A DNA stretch of 58,819 nt, counting the filler, from Sluysia triapertura (lineage: Eukaryota), in the NCBI GenBank assembly GCA_046118255.1. It is 5 parts of 5 records of this genome, joined end to end, with 100 filler letters (N's around TTAATTAATTAA, not from the genome) between each part and the next. Parts side by side here need not be neighbours in the genome. Positions count along the whole stretch, not along the records: positions 45,393 to 58,819 come from JBJNIA010040247.1; 4 more parts are not named here. One strand, written 5' to 3'. Position numbers and translations under genes: made by a program. The notes under the pieces were generated by a model. The model was not told the origin of the DNA. It saw nothing but the letters and a program-made list of their open reading frames with translations, and made no database searches. Positions within the stretch are counted from its first letter, which is position 1. Each line of letters starts with the position of its first letter. Positions 54,668 through 58,819 of this stretch are shown here, piece by piece.

Positions 54668-55395
54668 TACAATGAAAATAATGCATAACTTTTCCCTTTG
54701 TTTTGTTTACATACACTTTCTTTTATACAACTTTATTTCTCAACTTATTTTCTATAATATTAATAAATTGATAAAAGGTATTGATGAAACTAAAGATGTG
54801 AGAGGGATTAATGAATGAATGTAGTTGTGGAAGCTAAAGAATTTTCACTTTTAAAGCAGTATTTAGAGTTGATACTGGAATGAAATTTTAAAGTTTTTCA
54901 AAGATATAAATGTTGTAAATGTTGAAAGATTGTAAATTTGAAATGTTTTGAATTGCTTTTAAGATGTGCATTTGATAGTTTAAGATGTAATTGTGCTTTT
55001 AATGTTACAAGATAATGAAAAAAATGTTTTAGCCGAATTTTTAAATGTAGATTGATGGTTTTGACTCAAGATAAAGTTTGGATGTTGAAAGCTTGTGACT
55101 TTAAAGTGTTTTGAGGTACGAAAATGGTTTTAGTGAATTTGAAAAAAATAAAATATAAAAGGTTTTAATAGAAAAATAGGTAGTGTCATGGAATGTGGTT
55201 TTATATGCTATATGTTAGATTAAATTTGCAATGTTTTGAATTAATTTTTTAGGTACATGTTTGATGATTTTGGATGTTATGAAATTTTGTGTTTAGAATG
55301 TTTGAAGGTATTAAGAATTGTAAAATGTTCTAAAGGATTATTTTTTTGTGTCGTGATGAAATAAAATTTTTAAAGTAATGGGTTGACCACCACAT
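54431..55395. repeat. Dispersed CCAAT-palindrome repeat, copy C
   Basis: 18-bp palindrome TGATTGGACGTCCAATCA at 54478-54495, partial second copy at 54431. Ends gggttgaccaccacata, like ggtttgccaccata near 15748. Confidence 0.8.
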
Positions 55396-57451
55396 ATACT
55401 TCACTCAATATTCAGAAATACTCGAACTATTACAACCTCAGAATTACTAGATACATCATAGTGATTTATTTATTTCAGCCTGAAATTTTGGTATTAGGTC
55501 AGATTAAAAACATGAATTATATGTCTTATTATTATTATTCTATATATATATATATAGTTGTTGGGTAGATCGTTCCCTAATTGATTCGGATCATAAAATT
55601 CAGCCCCCTTTAACGTTTCATAATAAAAATAAAATTGAAAATATTAAATCTTTAAATTTTTACTTGATAAAGGTTATAGAAATTGAAAGAAAAACTTGGT
55701 TACTTCTTACTAGGTATTGGAGTTGCAGCCTATATCTTACAATGTATACATGTGCAATCCAATTTAAACAACTTTTACCAACGAATGAAACCAATATTGT
55801 AACCCAAAGGTGAATATTACTGAATACTAATTTCTAGAATATTGTATATATAACAAAAATTCATAAAAGACGATCTAACATCAAGTTTTAAAATTCATTT
55901 GCAGAATTCCTCATCCATCCTGTCACTTAGATAAAAGTCATTGAAATGCTTTCTCTGCGAGCTACTCATTTTTAATTATGACTTAATACTTAAAACATTC
56001 TCAGTTGAATATATGTTCCTTGTTTAGGGATCCTTTTCTGTACGTACTTCGAATACTTTCATCCTCAACAGCATCATTCAATTTCATCAAATCCGAAAAA
56101 TGGTCACTAATACCATAGTTACTAATCTCATAATCTCAATCACATATTTGAAGTTATAATACTGTTGGATACTATGTTACATTTAATCCATTTATTTTGT
56201 TTATTAATTCTAATGTTATTGCGCTGAATGTTACGAAAGATTTATTTGGTGAATACGTATAAGAGTGATTTATAATAAGATCTTTATTTGATTTATGTTT
56301 TGGCGTAACAAGATGAATTTTTATGAAAATGTTAAACAAAATTATGAAACATTTATTTAGCCTCGAATGACGAACTATAAAATAATTAAAATTTTTATTT
56401 ATAGAATTATGAAAATATTTACATAATAAAATTTTATGTATTCAGTTAATTATTAATAGATTCGCGTTATCAAAATTGATGACATTATTAAATTTTATTA
56501 TAAAATTCTATTAAATAAAACTGGGAGAATTTAAGAACAAAAGTAAGAAAAATATAGTCTGAACAAAAAACAATATAGCAAGACGATTCATAACAAATAA
56601 GAATATAAATGTGCTTTCTTACCTTCATCTTCGAGATATCGTAGTTTGTAATAGTATAACAGCTTCTGATATGATAACAAGCCATATTGGAATGCTTGAG
56701 GAGTACAGAGTAAATTATAATACGACTAGTGTCTACTAGAACAATGATAATAATGTATCCAGAACATGGCAGTAACACCTTTATTGATTTACAGCTTTGA
56801 TCATTAACGAATTTTCCTTTTCCATATTAAATGCTAAGTTAATTTTGTTCACAGGTTCAACTTGAAATATTACAGTAGTGTTCAGATATCAACATGTTTT
56901 ATTTAGACATTCAACTTAGTGAATAAGACGATTTTGTTTATAGATTGATCGCTGCGTATTGATATAATTTTATTTATGAATTGAGCTTTAGATAGTGTGA
57001 CGATTTTATTTACATATTTCTTCTCAAATATCAACATAACTTTCTCGTAGTATAACAATTTTGTTAACATATGAATATGAACGCATTTCTATTTAGAGAT
57101 TAGTTTTAAATATTGAGGTAATTTTGTATACACAAACGTCTTTAAATGTAAGCATACTTTCATCTAAACATTCATAACTTTATCTATTTGTATTAAAATG
57201 ATGTAGTATTTATTACGATAACCGGATGATCGTCCCAAATAAATCCATTCGTGATAACTAGATTTATTTGTGTAAACCAAATTCATATTCACGTACTGCT
57301 GTCGACATTTATACTGCGTATTAACTAAAATTGTTGTGCCACAGTTTTATCTCACTGAATTTATTGTGAGCTGCTACTAATTTTAGTAGCTTATTTATAT
57401 TACACTGCATCACCACATCGTACGATGCAATAGATTAAAAATTTTTAGAAA

Positions 57452-57521
<70 letters not shown>

Positions 57522-57524
<3 letters not shown>

Positions 57525-57912
57525 AGATAATGTACATTTCCATTTAATACACCTAATTTCTTAACCTTGCACAGTTTATATTCAGCTTCTTCAGGATAAA
57601 TTCTGTGCAAGTAAAATCGACTTTTCATAAATTACTCGCACATGTTCACCAACTTTATCAATCGAGATTACATCCATAAAACGAATTATATTATCTACTT
57701 TTACTAACTTTAGTTTCAAAACTCTTTGGTGCTTCATTATAAGATGATGCCTATTTTGATTTATTTCTAAAAACAATTGCTAACGGTAAGTTTTCTCTTT
57801 TTATATGAGGTCCTGATCTTGTTTTTGGTACAAAATTAACACCTCTTTCATCTAGCATCTACGACTTTGGTGCATTCAGTCGTTTCAAATGTTTTCTAAT
57901 TCCTCTGGCCAT
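57522..57912 (-). pseudogene. RPS4: 40S ribosomal protein S4 (eS4) pseudogene, intronless, truncated at a microsatellite
   Basis: MARGIRKHLKRLNAPKS*MLD..SGPHIKRENLPL..FMDVISIDKVGEHVRVIY..KSRFYLHRIYPEEAEYKLCKVKK; two stops plus frameshifts. Confidence 0.93.
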
Positions 57913-58289
57913 GTTCTCAAATTCAAAATAGAATCTTCTACTTTGACTACAGCTTTTTATAATGGCATTATACAATTATTTTCCGGCATTAAGAAGGAGA
58001 AGCAATTTAAAAAGTGAATGTTATAGAAGTTTAAGAATAAATTAGATTATTGTTATAGAAATTTCATTGTTTGATTTTAAGTTTTTAGAGGTCTTGATGT
58101 TTGTGTGATAGTTCTACATGTGATTGTACATTTGTTTGGTATTTTTGTGAGTGTAAAGTGTAATAATTTGTTTATTTTAAATATTTTATAATATTTGTAA
58201 CATTTTAGTGAAATTTTAAATGAGAGGTTTGAACCGCCAAAATACAGTATCAGAAAATCTGAATAAACTTAAATATATTTGATACATTC

Positions 58290-58819
58290 CCTCTTAAATT
58301 TTAATCATTTTTCTCTTTGAGTCCATCTTAAGGATTCAGTTTCATTTCCCGAAAATTTTTATATCTTTAAATTCTGATTATGAAGACGGAAATTCATAGC
58401 AGATATGAGTTCCTGCATCTGTGCTCTGGTTATCGTATTATCATTCATTATATTTTTGCTTATCGTTTTCTTTTTTTATTCGATATATTTTTCTTATTTG
58501 AATCAATATCCTTTTAATAACCAGTACTGCTTCAGGTAGACACTTTTGTTTAATGAAAAGTTAAATATAAAAACTTTCCAACTTTCAAAAGACTATATAA
58601 AACTTTGTTAAAACCTCACTCTGGACATCAAATTGTAACAAAAAGCAACGTTGATATTTATTACTTGAAACTAAAAACTTGTCTGTTTTAAATTATGCTT
58701 CTTGCCTTTAGACATATTCTTTACTAACAATTAACAACTCTTACTCAATTTAAAATTATTAGTAAACAAGTAAATCTTAAAATTTTTCGAACTTTACTCA
58801 CTAACATTTAGTTACTTTC
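58290..58819 (-). mobile_element. Probable LTR retrotransposon 5' end: LTR end, PBS and gag start
   Basis: Minus strand ..TGTTACA-att-TGATGTCCAGAGTGAGG (58630-58614) resembles a tRNA-Leu-type PBS (TGGTGTCAG.AGTG.G); followed by MNDNTITRAQMQELI..KFSGNETESLRW, gag-like. Confidence 0.5.

Noticed and set aside
54780-55130. Open minus-strand frame with repeated SKHFK in the repeat body
   Set aside because: Not conserved in copies A and B; arises from internal aaatgttttga repeats.

Overview
Very AT-rich eukaryotic scaffold, almost certainly animal. It has spliceosomal introns (one only 34 nt), (TTA)n microsatellites and six N-gaps, four of them 100-bp placeholders carrying a TTAATTAATTAA linker. 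Only two genes look intact: a two-exon maelstrom homolog (45874-47190) and a small two-exon CEP164-N/WW protein (6698-7175). A myotubularin-type pseudophosphatase ORF (23826-25138) may or may not be functional. The rest is decayed sequence: Ty3/Gypsy, Tc1/mariner, piggyBac, hAT and pogo-like fragments, plus many broken, apparently intronless copies of housekeeping genes (VPS39, RECQL, RPS4, NSFL1C/p47, ACBD6). Three things stand out. (1) At about 520-1985 a degenerate Bcl-2-like domain (BH4/BH1/BH2) runs in frame into a chuvirus-type envelope glycoprotein, next to Gypsy pol; this is a candidate enveloped retroelement carrying an apoptosis regulator. (2) A roughly 0.9-kb dispersed repeat, headed by a palindromic double CCAAT box (GATTGGACGTCCAATC), sits head-to-head at the 5' ends of three unrelated pseudogenes. 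(3) The Gypsy pol is followed by two membrane-anchored ORF remnants. All family assignments are by-eye motif recognition; no database search was run.
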